Assembly: GCA_016932245.1 (NCBI GenBank)
Contig: JAFGDG010000049.1
Coordinates: 1-47,760 of the forward strand
Direction: 5' to 3'
Source of the DNA: Thermoplasmatota archaeon
GTDB taxonomy: Archaea; Thermoplasmatota; E2; DHVEG-1
DNA: 47,760 bases
Shown here: positions 1 to 9,162 of the stretch, one piece after another
How positions within the stretch are numbered: position 1 is the first letter of the stretch
Layout: every line of letters begins with the position of its first letter
Position numbers and translations under genes: made by a program
The notes under the pieces: model-generated
Told to the model about the DNA's origin: nothing
The model's database searches: none
What the model saw: the letters and a program-made list of their open reading frames with translations, nothing else

Positions 1-676
1 AGATGGTTTGACATTTGAAAAAGTAGGAATTGCTATCCATAATGGTGAACCTGGTTCTATGGAGGAGATGGTTTCAAATTCTGCAATAATAGAGTTAAAT
101 AATGGAAGCTACAGGATGATTTATGAAGGCCGGGATGACAATTATGATAGACGACTTTTCAGTGCCTTCTCAGATGATGGTTATACTTGGTCAAAAGAAG
201 AAGGTATTAGATTCCAAGATTATGGTGATGGAAAACCTGATGAGCTTTTTACCTCTGTACCAGAAACAATTAGGTTGGACAATGGTGATTTAAGAATGTA
301 CTATACACGCGGTGTCTCATCAGCTACAGCAATATCTCATGATGAGGGTCTAACTTGGGAGAAAGAAGGAAATTTGGATCTAGGTAGAATTGTTATCGAT
401 CCAGATATTCTACGACTTGATGATGGTAGTTATAAATTGTTTTTTACAACTTTTGATGAAGAATTTGGAGTGGGTGCACAGTATGTTATGAGTGCTAGTT
501 CCTATGATGGCATTACACTTACTATTGATAGTGGTAAACGTCTTGAACCAATCTCTATCAATAATTTATTACTCGACCCAGATATTATTAGACTATCGGA
601 TGGCCCTTATAGGATGTATTTTTCTGAAATGCAAGATGATGGGTCAATCAGAATTTTAAGTGCTATAAGTAGCTAA
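1..676 (+). CDS. Asp-box (BNR) repeat beta-propeller protein, sialidase/glycoside hydrolase-like; 5'-truncated by window edge
   Basis: Frame is open from position 2 (DGLTFEK...). Repeated Asp-boxes (SDDGYTW, SHDEGLTW, SYDGITL) and repeated DPDI.RL.DG.Y(R/K) blade motifs. Confidence 0.7.
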   Translation, partial: DGLTFEKVGIAIHNGEPGSMEEMVSNSAIIELNNGSYRMIYEGRDDNYDRRLFSAFSDDGYTWSKEEGIRFQDYGDGKPDELFTSVPETIRLDNGDLRMYYTRGVSSATAISHDEGLTWEKEGNLDLGRIVIDPDILRLDDGSYKLFFTTFDEEFGVGAQYVMSASSYDGITLTIDSGKRLEPISINNLLLDPDIIRLSDGPYRMYFSEMQDDGSIRILSAISS

Positions 677-858
677 ATGATACCTTAACGGATAGCTGCA
701 TACAAACAAAAAAGATGCGTTCTAAATGCAGTCCCCTCCTTTAAAATCCTTCTAACCCGCCAGGTCCGTCTAAAATCCACTAGGTATCGCTTTCATAATG
801 CCATGTTTTCAACACCATCAGAGCAGACAGAACCCAAAGAGCAGTTTTGTTAGAACAA

Positions 859-1899
859 TTATTGAATAATTCCTGCTTTTTTGATTTGTTGATAGTTATC
901 CGGATGCTTCTCAAAATACACGTGAACGGGCTTGAGAACCTCATTGACATACTGCGCTGTTGCATTTTTCACATCCAGTGGATGCAACCCCTCTTCAAAT
1001 GCCTCAGCCAATGCACCATAGGAATCAAACTCAAGATTTCCACCAAACTTTTCCGGCCGTTCTATCAAAAACGATTTCCCTTCCAATTCAGGAAAGATAA
1101 CAAACTTACAGATCTCAAGAACCGGATTTCCTTCCACCTGCTTTTCAGGACAATACGCCTTTTTCATTTTACTGTGTACTTCCTCTGGACTATCATGAAT
1201 AGAAATCATGGAATCCGGCTTACTTTTACTCATTTTGACTTCCAGCGGATTCATCCGTCCGCCAGCCTGCAATCCCGTCAACAGCGGGGTATGCAATGCA
1301 ACGGGAGGTTTTCTTCCAATCTTCTTTGCGACATCCCGAGCAAGCATATGCGCATGACGCTGGTCCATTCCCCCATAGGCAACATCAAGGTTAAGATAGA
1401 AAATGTCAGAGACTTGCATCGCAGGATAAAAGAGTTTAGACAAATCCTTTTCTGCTTCTTCCTCTCCGCGACCCATAATATCCAATGCTCGCTTTACCCG
1501 GGCAACGGTTGATGCTTTTGCCGTTCTCAACACCAGTTCCCAATACTTTGGGTCACTCACATACTCGCTGGCATAGACAAAGGTGACCTTGGTTTTGTCA
1601 ACACCCATGGCAGCAAAACAATCTTCCATATATTTGCCACAGAGTTTAATTTTTTCAATATCTCCTCCCAGCTTATCGTTAATATACGCATGCCAATCGG
1701 CAAGCAAAATGGTCACGTCAAAGCCGCACGAAAGAAAATCGTTAATTTTATTCGTACAAATCTTCCATCCAAGATGAACGGTTCCCGACGGTTCAAACCC
1801 AATATAGGCACGGGGCGTTGGTTTATTCAAAACCTCTTGTAGTTCTTCACGAGTAACAACTTCTTCGGTATGTGCAGTCAATTGCGCAATCTTATCCAT
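859..1899 (-). CDS. tyrS: Tyrosyl-tRNA synthetase, archaeal type
   Basis: AYIGFEPSG, HIGH-like HLGW, LADWHA, YPAMQVSD, GGMDQR and KMSKS motifs; 346 aa. Confidence 0.97.
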   Translation of the reverse strand: MDKIAQLTAHTEEVVTREELQEVLNKPTPRAYIGFEPSGTVHLGWKICTNKINDFLSCGFDVTILLADWHAYINDKLGGDIEKIKLCGKYMEDCFAAMGVDKTKVTFVYASEYVSDPKYWELVLRTAKASTVARVKRALDIMGRGEEEAEKDLSKLFYPAMQVSDIFYLNLDVAYGGMDQRHAHMLARDVAKKIGRKPPVALHTPLLTGLQAGGRMNPLEVKMSKSKPDSMISIHDSPEEVHSKMKKAYCPEKQVEGNPVLEICKFVIFPELEGKSFLIERPEKFGGNLEFDSYGALAEAFEEGLHPLDVKNATAQYVNEVLKPVHVYFEKHPDNYQQIKKAGIIQ

Positions 1900-1905
1900 G
1901 GTATC

Positions 1906-3255
1906 CTATCTCTCTAATTTGGTAATGACTCGATCAATAATCTGCTCAGTGGCACCGAGATAATTCTTCGGGTCCAATGCCGCATCAATTTCTTTTGTGG
2001 CAAGCAGTGGTTTCTTGCTCTGTTTGGCAACAAAGACTTCCTTTAACGTTTTGTGTTCTTTGGCTGCCTGTAATGCTATGGTTCTCATCAACTCATGGGC
2101 ATCTCCCCGACCCATGCCTTTGGCAATCAGCGTAGTCATCAGGGATTCGGCCATAGGAAGGCCGTTGGAGATGGTCATATTCTGCAGCATTCTTTGGGGG
2201 AAGACCTTCAGATTCTTGAACACATCATTGGTTTGATACACAATCCAGTCCGTGAGAATCAGGGAATGAGGAATAATGAAGCGTTCTGAGGACGAATTAC
2301 ACAGATCCCGCTCATGCCATTGAATGGCGTTTTCATACGCAGGAGTAAGAAAGCCACGGACGACACGGGCCAGCCCGCAGATCTGTTCACAAGTGATCGG
2401 ATTTCGTTTGTGCGGCATCGTTGACGAGCCAACCTGTTTCTTTGCTTCAAAAGCTTCGGCCACCTCGCCGATTTCATCACGTTGTAAATTCCGAATTTCG
2501 GTGGCAAACTTTTCCATGCTGGTGGCAATATTGCACAAACAACCAAGCAGTTCATTGTACCGGTCTCGGCACACAATCTGTGTGGAAACATCTTCCACTC
2601 CCAGTTTGAGCTCCCTGAGCATGTAATCTTGTAGTTTGAGGGCTTGTGTACCTAATGCAGCACCCGTACCAACGGCACCGGAAAGTTTCCCGACCAACAA
2701 TCGACTCTTGCATTCATGCATGCGTTCTAAATGACGATCTACTTCCATGGCATAGCCTGCCATTTTGAGACCAAAGGTAATGGGTATAGTATGTTGGCCA
2801 TGGGTTCTCCCCAGCATCACCGTTTTTTTGTATTTCTTTGCCAAACCGACAAACGTTTTCCGCAACTCCTTGAGTCCTGAGGAAAGATAGGCGGTTGCTG
2901 CGGCAAATTGCAATGCATTTGCCGTATCTACAATATCGTAACTCGTGGCACCAAGATGGATGTATTTTCCGGCAGTACCCTCACATTGCTCAGCAAGCGC
3001 ACGAGTAACGGCCATAACGTCGTGTTTCGTTTCTTTTTCTATCTCGGCCACTCGTTTGAGTTTGACAAACAACACCGATGCTTTTTTGGTAATCTCTTTG
3101 GCATCCTTGTCTGAGATATTGCCCACTTTTGCATGAGCGCGAGCAAGGGCGGCCTCAACATCCAAGAGATACTGCAGGCGCTGGTGCTCATCAAAAATCG
3201 TCTTGAGTTCCTCTCTTCCATATCGATAATCAAGTGGGCATACGGGGCTGTACAT
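1906..3255 (-). CDS. purB: Adenylosuccinate lyase
   Basis: HLGATSYDIVD, GRTHGQH and the GSSTMPHKRNP fumarate-lyase signature; start reassigned to ATG 3255 (MYSPVCPLDYRYG). Confidence 0.96.
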   Translation of the reverse strand: MYSPVCPLDYRYGREELKTIFDEHQRLQYLLDVEAALARAHAKVGNISDKDAKEITKKASVLFVKLKRVAEIEKETKHDVMAVTRALAEQCEGTAGKYIHLGATSYDIVDTANALQFAAATAYLSSGLKELRKTFVGLAKKYKKTVMLGRTHGQHTIPITFGLKMAGYAMEVDRHLERMHECKSRLLVGKLSGAVGTGAALGTQALKLQDYMLRELKLGVEDVSTQIVCRDRYNELLGCLCNIATSMEKFATEIRNLQRDEIGEVAEAFEAKKQVGSSTMPHKRNPITCEQICGLARVVRGFLTPAYENAIQWHERDLCNSSSERFIIPHSLILTDWIVYQTNDVFKNLKVFPQRMLQNMTISNGLPMAESLMTTLIAKGMGRGDAHELMRTIALQAAKEHKTLKEVFVAKQSKKPLLATKEIDAALDPKNYLGATEQIIDRVITKLER

Positions 3256-3381
3256 GGGAAATCTCCAATCAAAGAATCCCGTTATGCTTAATGATTTTTT
3301 CCACCGCCCTCTAGAATTCAAAGAGACATCTTTTATATATGGCCTAAAGAGTACTAGAAGACACAGTAGGGAGGAAAAATT

Positions 3382-3924
3382 ATGGATAAATCTGAGAAAG
3401 AAATGATACATCAACCTGGATTTGGATGGCGTGTGTCCCTCTCAATACTTGTTGGTGTCGGGTGGCTGATCTTTTTAGTTCTTTGGCTCTTTTTTTATGC
3501 AGAGATATTCAGCTGGGAAAAGAACGTCGCGATATTTTTGCTTTCCATCCTTCTGGTTGGCGTCATACTAGGCATCCCTTGGACGATTTGGGGAGTGCGC
3601 TTTCGAACCAGACAAGAGAACGAAATATGGCATATGAAAGGATTCAGAACCCGCGTGTATGCATCAGTTGTTGTTGCATTAGTAATGGTCGTCTTTTTGA
3701 TTTGCTGGTTCTGGTTCTTTGCGGAACCCTTTAGTGTCTACCAAAATCTGGCCATCTTCATTGTCTCGATTCTTACGGTCGGTGGCATCATGGGCGCATC
3801 GTGGGCACCGTGGGGCATGAAGCATGGCCCTGAATTCGATCAGCATCCCAAAGGGAAAGCAGCATACTATCACGAAGAAATAGATGGTGAAGAAAACAAA
3901 AAAGACACCACCTCCAACGAATAA
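3382..3924 (+). CDS. Membrane protein made of two internally repeated TM hairpins
   Basis: GGAGG RBS and upstream TTTATATA. Repeated units GF..RV..S.....W..F.AE.FS...N.AIF..SIL..G...G..W..WG. Confidence 0.75.
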   Translation: MDKSEKEMIHQPGFGWRVSLSILVGVGWLIFLVLWLFFYAEIFSWEKNVAIFLLSILLVGVILGIPWTIWGVRFRTRQENEIWHMKGFRTRVYASVVVALVMVVFLICWFWFFAEPFSVYQNLAIFIVSILTVGGIMGASWAPWGMKHGPEFDQHPKGKAAYYHEEIDGEENKKDTTSNE

Positions 3925-3929
3925 ATCGT

Positions 3930-3975
3930 TGGATTCTTTTTCTTTTTAAAAAATAAAGAAAGGGAAAAGAAGGGG
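3930..3975. terminator. Probable bidirectional oligo-T terminator between convergent genes
   Basis: T-tract on + (ttctttttcttttt) followed by an A/purine tract (pyrimidine tract on -) between stops at 3924 and 3990. Confidence 0.4.
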
Positions 3976-3989
3976 CGGATTGATACGAA

Positions 3990-4499
3990 TTACTCAGGTC
4001 TTGCAATCCTTGACCAAATATTTGTGACAAAAAGGATTATCGCACCAATCAAGAATACATAAAAGCCCCAGCCAAGCCCTGAATGAATACCAAATGTAGT
4101 TAGGTCGGATGTATCTGGTATGTTCACAATATAGTAGACGATCGTGATAATCGCTACAATAAATGTGAGGAAACCGCAGATTTCACCGATGTTTTGCATC
4201 ATTGATCTATCTCCAAATCCAACCATTGTCCCAAGAATTCCTATCAGGGTAATGCCTGCTAGAATTATGGTTAGTATCGCCATGTACATTATGGTATCAA
4301 CTTCACTTCTATCAATAGATGTGATTAAAGTAGTTGCACCGGTTCCACCGCTAAAGATTGTTTCCATCAAACCAACATCGATTGATGCTTTTACGCCAAA
4401 AAACTCTCCACTTATCGTATACCAAGGCCCTATGAATCCCATTGTGAATACAATTATTGCTAAAACAGCCCCTATTGCTGTGTAATTATATTTTGCCAT
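3990..4499 (-). CDS. Hypothetical 4-TM membrane protein (claudin-like topology)
   Basis: GGGAGGA RBS; TM1 followed by PWY and a beta-rich loop, three further TMs, GLGWGFY near the C-terminus. Confidence 0.7.
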   Translation of the reverse strand: MAKYNYTAIGAVLAIIVFTMGFIGPWYTISGEFFGVKASIDVGLMETIFSGGTGATTLITSIDRSEVDTIMYMAILTIILAGITLIGILGTMVGFGDRSMMQNIGEICGFLTFIVAIITIVYYIVNIPDTSDLTTFGIHSGLGWGFYVFLIGAIILFVTNIWSRIARPE

Positions 4500-4582
4500 T
4501 CTTCCTCCCTCGATCTACAATTTGAAAACTGCTACTATTTTAAAAACCCTGGGGTAACAGGTTTATATACCCATCCTATGTC

Positions 4583-4598
4583 CATGGGTTCAAATCCC
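4583..4598 (+). repeat. tRNA T-arm-like direct repeat, copy 1 (CATGGGTTCAAATCCC)
   Basis: 15/16 identical to 5128-5143; contains GGG-TTCAAAT-CCC T-loop consensus. Confidence 0.45.
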
Positions 4599-4631
4599 TG
4601 CATTATTAATTATCAAAAGATAAAAAGAGGA

Positions 4632-5036
4632 TTATTCTTTCTTGACCATAATTCTTGCTACGATTGAAAGAATCAATCCTGCTGCTCCTATTGAAAAAAA
4701 ACTACCAATGGTAAGGTTCTTCTCCATATAAGCAACGACAATTGAAACTATCAAACCAATCAAACCAAGTCCTGTTCCAAGGCTAATAAGAAGTTTACCG
4801 GTTCCAATTTTATCTTTACCTATTAATAAACCACCTGCAATTACCGCAATACCGCCTAATGATGCGATAAAAATTAAAATGACAAATACAATCTGAACTA
4901 TACTATTATCCATGATATGGGTAGTAACAAAATCCTTAATTGTTTCCCATGTTGCTACACCACTTACCCCTGCCACTAACAATAATATACCTGCTGCAAT
5001 GGCAATAATCATAGCTTTACTATTTTGTGATGTCAT
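4632..5036 (-). CDS. Hypothetical 4-TM Gly-rich membrane protein
   Basis: GGTGGAGGA RBS before ATG 5036 (MTSQNSK); four hydrophobic segments. Confidence 0.75.
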   Translation of the reverse strand: MTSQNSKAMIIAIAAGILLLVAGVSGVATWETIKDFVTTHIMDNSIVQIVFVILIFIASLGGIAVIAGGLLIGKDKIGTGKLLISLGTGLGLIGLIVSIVVAYMEKNLTIGSFFSIGAAGLILSIVARIMVKKE

Positions 5037-5127
5037 TATTTTTCCTCCACCCAATATAATATTATGTAATTTATTATGAGTTTAAAAAGAATTTCCAAGT
5101 CCTTGTATTTGATTTTTTCTAATAAAT

Positions 5128-5153
5128 CATGGGTTCAACTCCCTTCCCTTGCG
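5128..5153 (+). repeat. tRNA 3'-half-like fragment, copy 2 (CATGGGTTCAACTCCCTTCCCTTGCG), possible att remnant
   Basis: T-loop followed by an acceptor-stem-like CCCTTGC, resembling archaeal tRNA-Leu 3' ends; no 5' half upstream. Confidence 0.45.
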
Positions 5154-5279
5154 TGCAACCTTGCGCAAGTTTGTTAGTCAATTTTTATCTTTTCTCAATC
5201 AATGACTTGATCTTTTGGTAAGTGGATGTTTAAATAATGTATAGTTAAAAACGTAATACCACAGTAACTGAAGTATTGT

Positions 5280-6014
5280 TTACTTATATAGTTCGACCTT
5301 CAAACTCTCTAGATGTATCCCGTTATACTGTCTTTTACTGATAGCTACGTCTTCGTCTAAAATGCGATAGGTAAAACCAGCATTGGTAATAATTTCTAGA
5401 TACTCATCTTTTAACAGTGCTCCACTCACACATCCAGCAAGTAGCTCATCATTATTTTTCTGCTCTTCAGTTAACTCATCCAATAACACAATATCAGAAA
5501 CGTACATTCGTCCTGTTTTTTTCAAAACACGATGCGCTTCCTTAAAAACCTTTGATTTATCAGGAGAAAGATTGATTACGCAGTTACTAATGATGACATC
5601 GATCGATTCATTTTCAACCGGTAACTGTTCAATATCGCCAAGCCTAAATTCTACATTTTTAAAACCATATGTATGGGCAAGATTTCTTGCTTTTTCAACC
5701 ATTTCTTCCGTCATATCTACGCCGATTACCTTTCCCGTATCGCCTACTTTTTTTACAGCTAAAAACGCATCAAAACCTGCACCTGAACCTAAATCCAATA
5801 CGACGTCGCCTTCAGAAATATTTGACAAAGCCACAGGATTTCCACATCCAAGTCCCATATTTGCTTCTGATGCAGTTGCAATTTCTTCGTCAGTATACCC
5901 CATGGATTTTGCAATCTCTACATCATTTTGTGAGCCACATGAACAACTGCAACTTCCGCCACTTTTAGCAATTTTACCGTAACTATTCTTTACAATTTTT
6001 TTTACATCCTTCAT
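5280..6014 (-). CDS. arsM: Arsenite S-adenosylmethionine methyltransferase
   Basis: N-terminal Cys cluster, LGCGNP, VLDLGSGAGFD, SNCVINL and GCVSGA motifs. Confidence 0.9.
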   Translation of the reverse strand: MKDVKKIVKNSYGKIAKSGGSCSCSCGSQNDVEIAKSMGYTDEEIATASEANMGLGCGNPVALSNISEGDVVLDLGSGAGFDAFLAVKKVGDTGKVIGVDMTEEMVEKARNLAHTYGFKNVEFRLGDIEQLPVENESIDVIISNCVINLSPDKSKVFKEAHRVLKKTGRMYVSDIVLLDELTEEQKNNDELLAGCVSGALLKDEYLEIITNAGFTYRILDEDVAISKRQYNGIHLESLKVELYK

Positions 6015-6015
6015 A

Positions 6016-6873
6016 CTATCTACCTATGCACGTTATGATATCAACACATCTTTTTGTTTCTTTTACATCATGAACCCGAAGGATATCAGCACCGTTCATT
6101 ACTGCAATGCATGCTGCTGCCAGGCTCCCTTCCAAGCGTTCGGAAACAGGAAAAGGCGTTTTTTCACCACACACATTGCCGATAAACGTTTTCCGAGAGG
6201 CACCAATCATGAGCGGATATCCGAGTGTTTTCAATTCAGACAATCGCCGCAAGATCTCACAGTTGTCTTCAATGCCCCTTCCCGTTCGTTTGCCAAATCC
6301 CAGACCAGGATCAACGATAATGTTTTCCTTTTTGATATCATGGAACAAGGCATAGTCTGCCCGTTCTTTCAAAAAGGCACGTATCTCGCGTACCACATCG
6401 GTATAGGTAGGATGTTTTTGCATATCGCGCGGATTTCCCTTCATATGCATCAGACAAACGGGAACGTCGTATTCAGCGACGATATTGACCAGTTTTGTAT
6501 CGCCCTGTAACGCGGTGATGTCATTGACCATGGCAACACCGAGATCCAGTGCCCTCATGGCAACATCTGCGTTGTAGGTGTCAATGGAAAGAGGAATACT
6601 CACCTTGTCAACCAGTTCTCTGATAATAGGAATAACCCGTTTCATCTCTTCATCGGTTGAAACCTTCATTGCACCGGGTCGTGTTGACTCTCCCCCTATA
6701 TCAATAAGGTCTGCGCCTTGCTGCTCCATTGCGAGGGCATGGTTGACGGCCTGTTCTGTTGAAGTATAGCGTCCGCCATCGGCAAAAGAATCTGGGGTGA
6801 GGTTTAAAATACCCATAACAAGCGGTCGTTTTCCCAGGGTGAACGTTTTTTTTCCAATGGTTAACGAGGTCAT
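6016..6873 (-). CDS. folP: Dihydropteroate synthase (catalytic TIM barrel only)
   Basis: VMGILNLTPDSFADGG, DIGGESTRPGA, SIDT, DPGLGFGK, SRK and LRVHDV motifs. Confidence 0.96.
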   Translation of the reverse strand: MTSLTIGKKTFTLGKRPLVMGILNLTPDSFADGGRYTSTEQAVNHALAMEQQGADLIDIGGESTRPGAMKVSTDEEMKRVIPIIRELVDKVSIPLSIDTYNADVAMRALDLGVAMVNDITALQGDTKLVNIVAEYDVPVCLMHMKGNPRDMQKHPTYTDVVREIRAFLKERADYALFHDIKKENIIVDPGLGFGKRTGRGIEDNCEILRRLSELKTLGYPLMIGASRKTFIGNVCGEKTPFPVSERLEGSLAAACIAVMNGADILRVHDVKETKRCVDIITCIGR

Positions 6874-7241
6874 CTCACGTCCTTCACTACCTGATCGATT
6901 TCGTCTGCAATGGTACGGAGCCGAGGATAATGTCGCTTGAGTTTTTCCACCAGGGTTTGTAATTGAGCGAGTGTACCCATGATGAGAATGTCTCCTGTTT
7001 TCTCGTGTAATTCAAAGGTCTTTTGGGGAACGGCCACTTCCCCGCCGAGAGAAAGCATATCTTGTTTGATGATAATGGCGTCCTGAAGCACCACGTGTTC
7101 CAGTTTGATGACTTTTAACACCGCTTTTGGTGCCATGATGTCTATGCTATGAGGGTCGCTCCCAATGTTGAGTATTGCCTGTCTTGCGTCATGCATGGTG
7201 TGTATATCTACAATATGAGGATTATGGTCGGTCACAAACAC
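6870..7241 (-). CDS. Standalone homologue of the FolP N-terminal extension (putative dihydropteroate reductase domain)
   Basis: IG.DP..I.IM.PK...IKQDMLSLGGEVAVP...ILIMGT..QL..L..KL pattern resembles the N-terminal extension of long FolP proteins such as Helicobacter pylori FolP; GTG start; ATGA overlap with folP. Confidence 0.75.
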   Translation of the reverse strand: MFVTDHNPHIVDIHTMHDARQAILNIGSDPHSIDIMAPKAVLKVIKLEHVVLQDAIIIKQDMLSLGGEVAVPQKTFELHEKTGDILIMGTLAQLQTLVEKLKRHYPRLRTIADEIDQVVKDVR

Positions 7242-7285
7242 ACAGAATACAGTTTTTCTATATCAAATATTTGTAGAAAACAAAA

Positions 7286-7510
7286 TCATTTCTTTTTTTG
7301 CTTCTCTCGTGCTTTTTTTACTTTGATGGGAAGATACAGAATATAAAAAATGACAAAAAACTCAATATTCCCCATAATAATTAGCATGATTGGGTCCCGA
7401 AAGATTCCACTCCAGGTATAATAATGGAACGCCCCTAATGCAAATGTGACCAAAAGTGCAATAATGACATAGATGACAATAAGTTCTTTTTCACTTCGAT
7501 GTTCAAACAT
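7286..7510 (-). CDS. Small 2-TM membrane protein
   Basis: 74 aa, two hydrophobic segments, Lys-rich tail; fills the intergenic space co-directionally. Confidence 0.6.
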   Translation of the reverse strand: MFEHRSEKELIVIYVIIALLVTFALGAFHYYTWSGIFRDPIMLIIMGNIEFFVIFYILYLPIKVKKAREKQKKK

Positions 7511-7560
7511 GAGCTCAAGCTATCAACTTTGTCATATTAACATTTTTGGAGGCAAGAAGT

Positions 7561-7824
7561 TTACTGCTTGGTGTATTTTTTCCTTTCGTGTTCAAACACA
7601 GAAGATCCAATCAATGTTAGAGCAATAAATAACACGCTTACAATCAGCGTCCATACCCATAACTCGACAGGGCTTTGAGGGCCTATTGCCCAATATTGAA
7701 TATAAAGAAAGAACAATCCCGCTCCAACAATTACTGCCGTTAATAGAACGGTTTTCCTTCTATTCATGTTCTGATAGAACCATTTCTCGGTTTCAATATG
7801 CCTTTGTTTATAGTCCATCTGCAT
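7561..7824 (-). CDS. Small 2-TM membrane protein
   Basis: 87 aa, GGTG-like RBS, two hydrophobic segments. Confidence 0.6.
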   Translation of the reverse strand: MQMDYKQRHIETEKWFYQNMNRRKTVLLTAVIVGAGLFFLYIQYWAIGPQSPVELWVWTLIVSVLFIALTLIGSSVFEHERKKYTKQ

Positions 7825-7857
7825 CCCATCACCATTTTGTAAACCGCATGGACCGTA

Positions 7858-9156
7858 TTAATATTTTTCAGCACTCTTCACAAGAAAATCTCTTGCTTCT
7901 CCAACAGTAAACAGTGATCCAGTAATACAGATAAGATCGTCTTTTTTCGCCCTATTCTTCGCGTATCGGATAGCATCAGCGATTGTTTCCTTTACAATAA
8001 CCTCTTTTTCCGCACCTATTTGTTTTATATTTTCTTTGAGTTTTCCTGGTTCGCACGCCCGTGTATTTTTTGATTGGGTAACCACAATTACATCTGCCAA
8101 GGGTACGATGATGTTCAGCATTTCTTGAATCTTCTTATCGGCAAGGATGCCTATTACCAACACTAATCGATTATAGACAACATCGTTTTCTAGTGTCTCT
8201 TTCAATACGGACATTCCTGCGATGGTATGGGCTCCATCTAACAGTAGCAAAGGCTCAGTACTAAGAATTTCCATTCTTCCAGGATGTGCTACCGTTGCAA
8301 TACCCTCGTTGATTGCCTCATCAGTGATATACATCCCACTCATCTGTAGCTGCTCTATTGCTGCTAATGCTAATGAAATGTTTTCTCCTTGATATCGCCC
8401 CATCATCGATGTTTTAACCACATACTCTTTCAAGGTTCCGGTAACGTGAAATTCTTGCCACGACAAACCACCTTTGCACCGTTTCCAGGAATGATGGGTA
8501 ATAACCGTCAGCGGTGCGTGTTTTTTTTTTGCTATATCCTTGATAACCGATAATGATTGGCCTTCTGCTGCAGTAATGAGGGGAACGTCTTTTTTGAGGA
8601 TGCCTGCTTTCTCACAAGCAATTTTTTCAATCGTATCGCCAAGGATTTCTTGGTGTTCAAGGGAGATATTGGTGATGATACAGAGTGCCGGAGTCACGAT
8701 AGTAGTGGCGTCAAACTGTCCCCCCAAGCCCACTTCAACCACTGCGATATCAACATTCTTGTTTTGAAAATATAGAAATGCCATTGCCGTGACAATCTCA
8801 AAGTAGGTGGGTGTTTTTCCTTTGTTCGTCATGTCGTCAACAAGAGGCTTTATCTGTTCAATGAGCGTGAGAAGATCATCCTGAGAAATTTCCTCACCGT
8901 TTACCACCATGCGTTCTGAAAATCGTTGCAGATGAGGAGAGCGATACAGGCCTACTGTATAGCCGCTCTGCGAAAGAATAGAAGCAATGATGGTGGAGAC
9001 TGACCCTTTTCCATTGGTCCCGCCAACATGAATAGTTTTGTAGCGATGTTGGGGATTATGTAATCGTTCACAAAGATGAATAATACGTTCTAATCCTAAC
9101 TTCATACCAAACGATTCAAAGGCGTTCAACCAGTCAAGCGCTTCCGTATACTTCAT
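7858..9156 (-). CDS. folC: Folylpolyglutamate synthase / dihydrofolate synthase
   Basis: IHVGGTNGKGS, SPHL..F.ER, EVGLGG..DAT, EKAGI, PGRME, LDGAH and TGSLF motifs. Confidence 0.96.
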   Translation of the reverse strand: MKYTEALDWLNAFESFGMKLGLERIIHLCERLHNPQHRYKTIHVGGTNGKGSVSTIIASILSQSGYTVGLYRSPHLQRFSERMVVNGEEISQDDLLTLIEQIKPLVDDMTNKGKTPTYFEIVTAMAFLYFQNKNVDIAVVEVGLGGQFDATTIVTPALCIITNISLEHQEILGDTIEKIACEKAGILKKDVPLITAAEGQSLSVIKDIAKKKHAPLTVITHHSWKRCKGGLSWQEFHVTGTLKEYVVKTSMMGRYQGENISLALAAIEQLQMSGMYITDEAINEGIATVAHPGRMEILSTEPLLLLDGAHTIAGMSVLKETLENDVVYNRLVLVIGILADKKIQEMLNIIVPLADVIVVTQSKNTRACEPGKLKENIKQIGAEKEVIVKETIADAIRYAKNRAKKDDLICITGSLFTVGEARDFLVKSAEKY

Positions 9157-9162
9157 GGTTTG

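Noticed and set aside
847-1512. 221-aa + strand ORF and similar long antisense ORFs (5383-5982, 11617-12231, 33453-33878, 24982-25407)
   Set aside because: They lie opposite well-identified genes and have no recognisable motifs; shadow ORFs
3256-3414. Extended N-termini in the ORF track (purB, trm1, pssA, psd, mbhM, mcm, rps12, receiver, HerA)
   Set aside because: Most extensions overlap neighbouring genes or promoters and lack family similarity; downstream ATGs were chosen
4540-5170. Intact tRNA genes or integron attC sites
   Set aside because: Only T-arm/3' fragments, with no D or anticodon arms; candidate R''/R' boxes are not complementary; no integrase
6860-6885. Programmed frameshift or Sec readthrough fusing the small ORF to folP
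   Set aside because: Plain ATGA overlap in different frames with no slippery heptamer; translational coupling suffices
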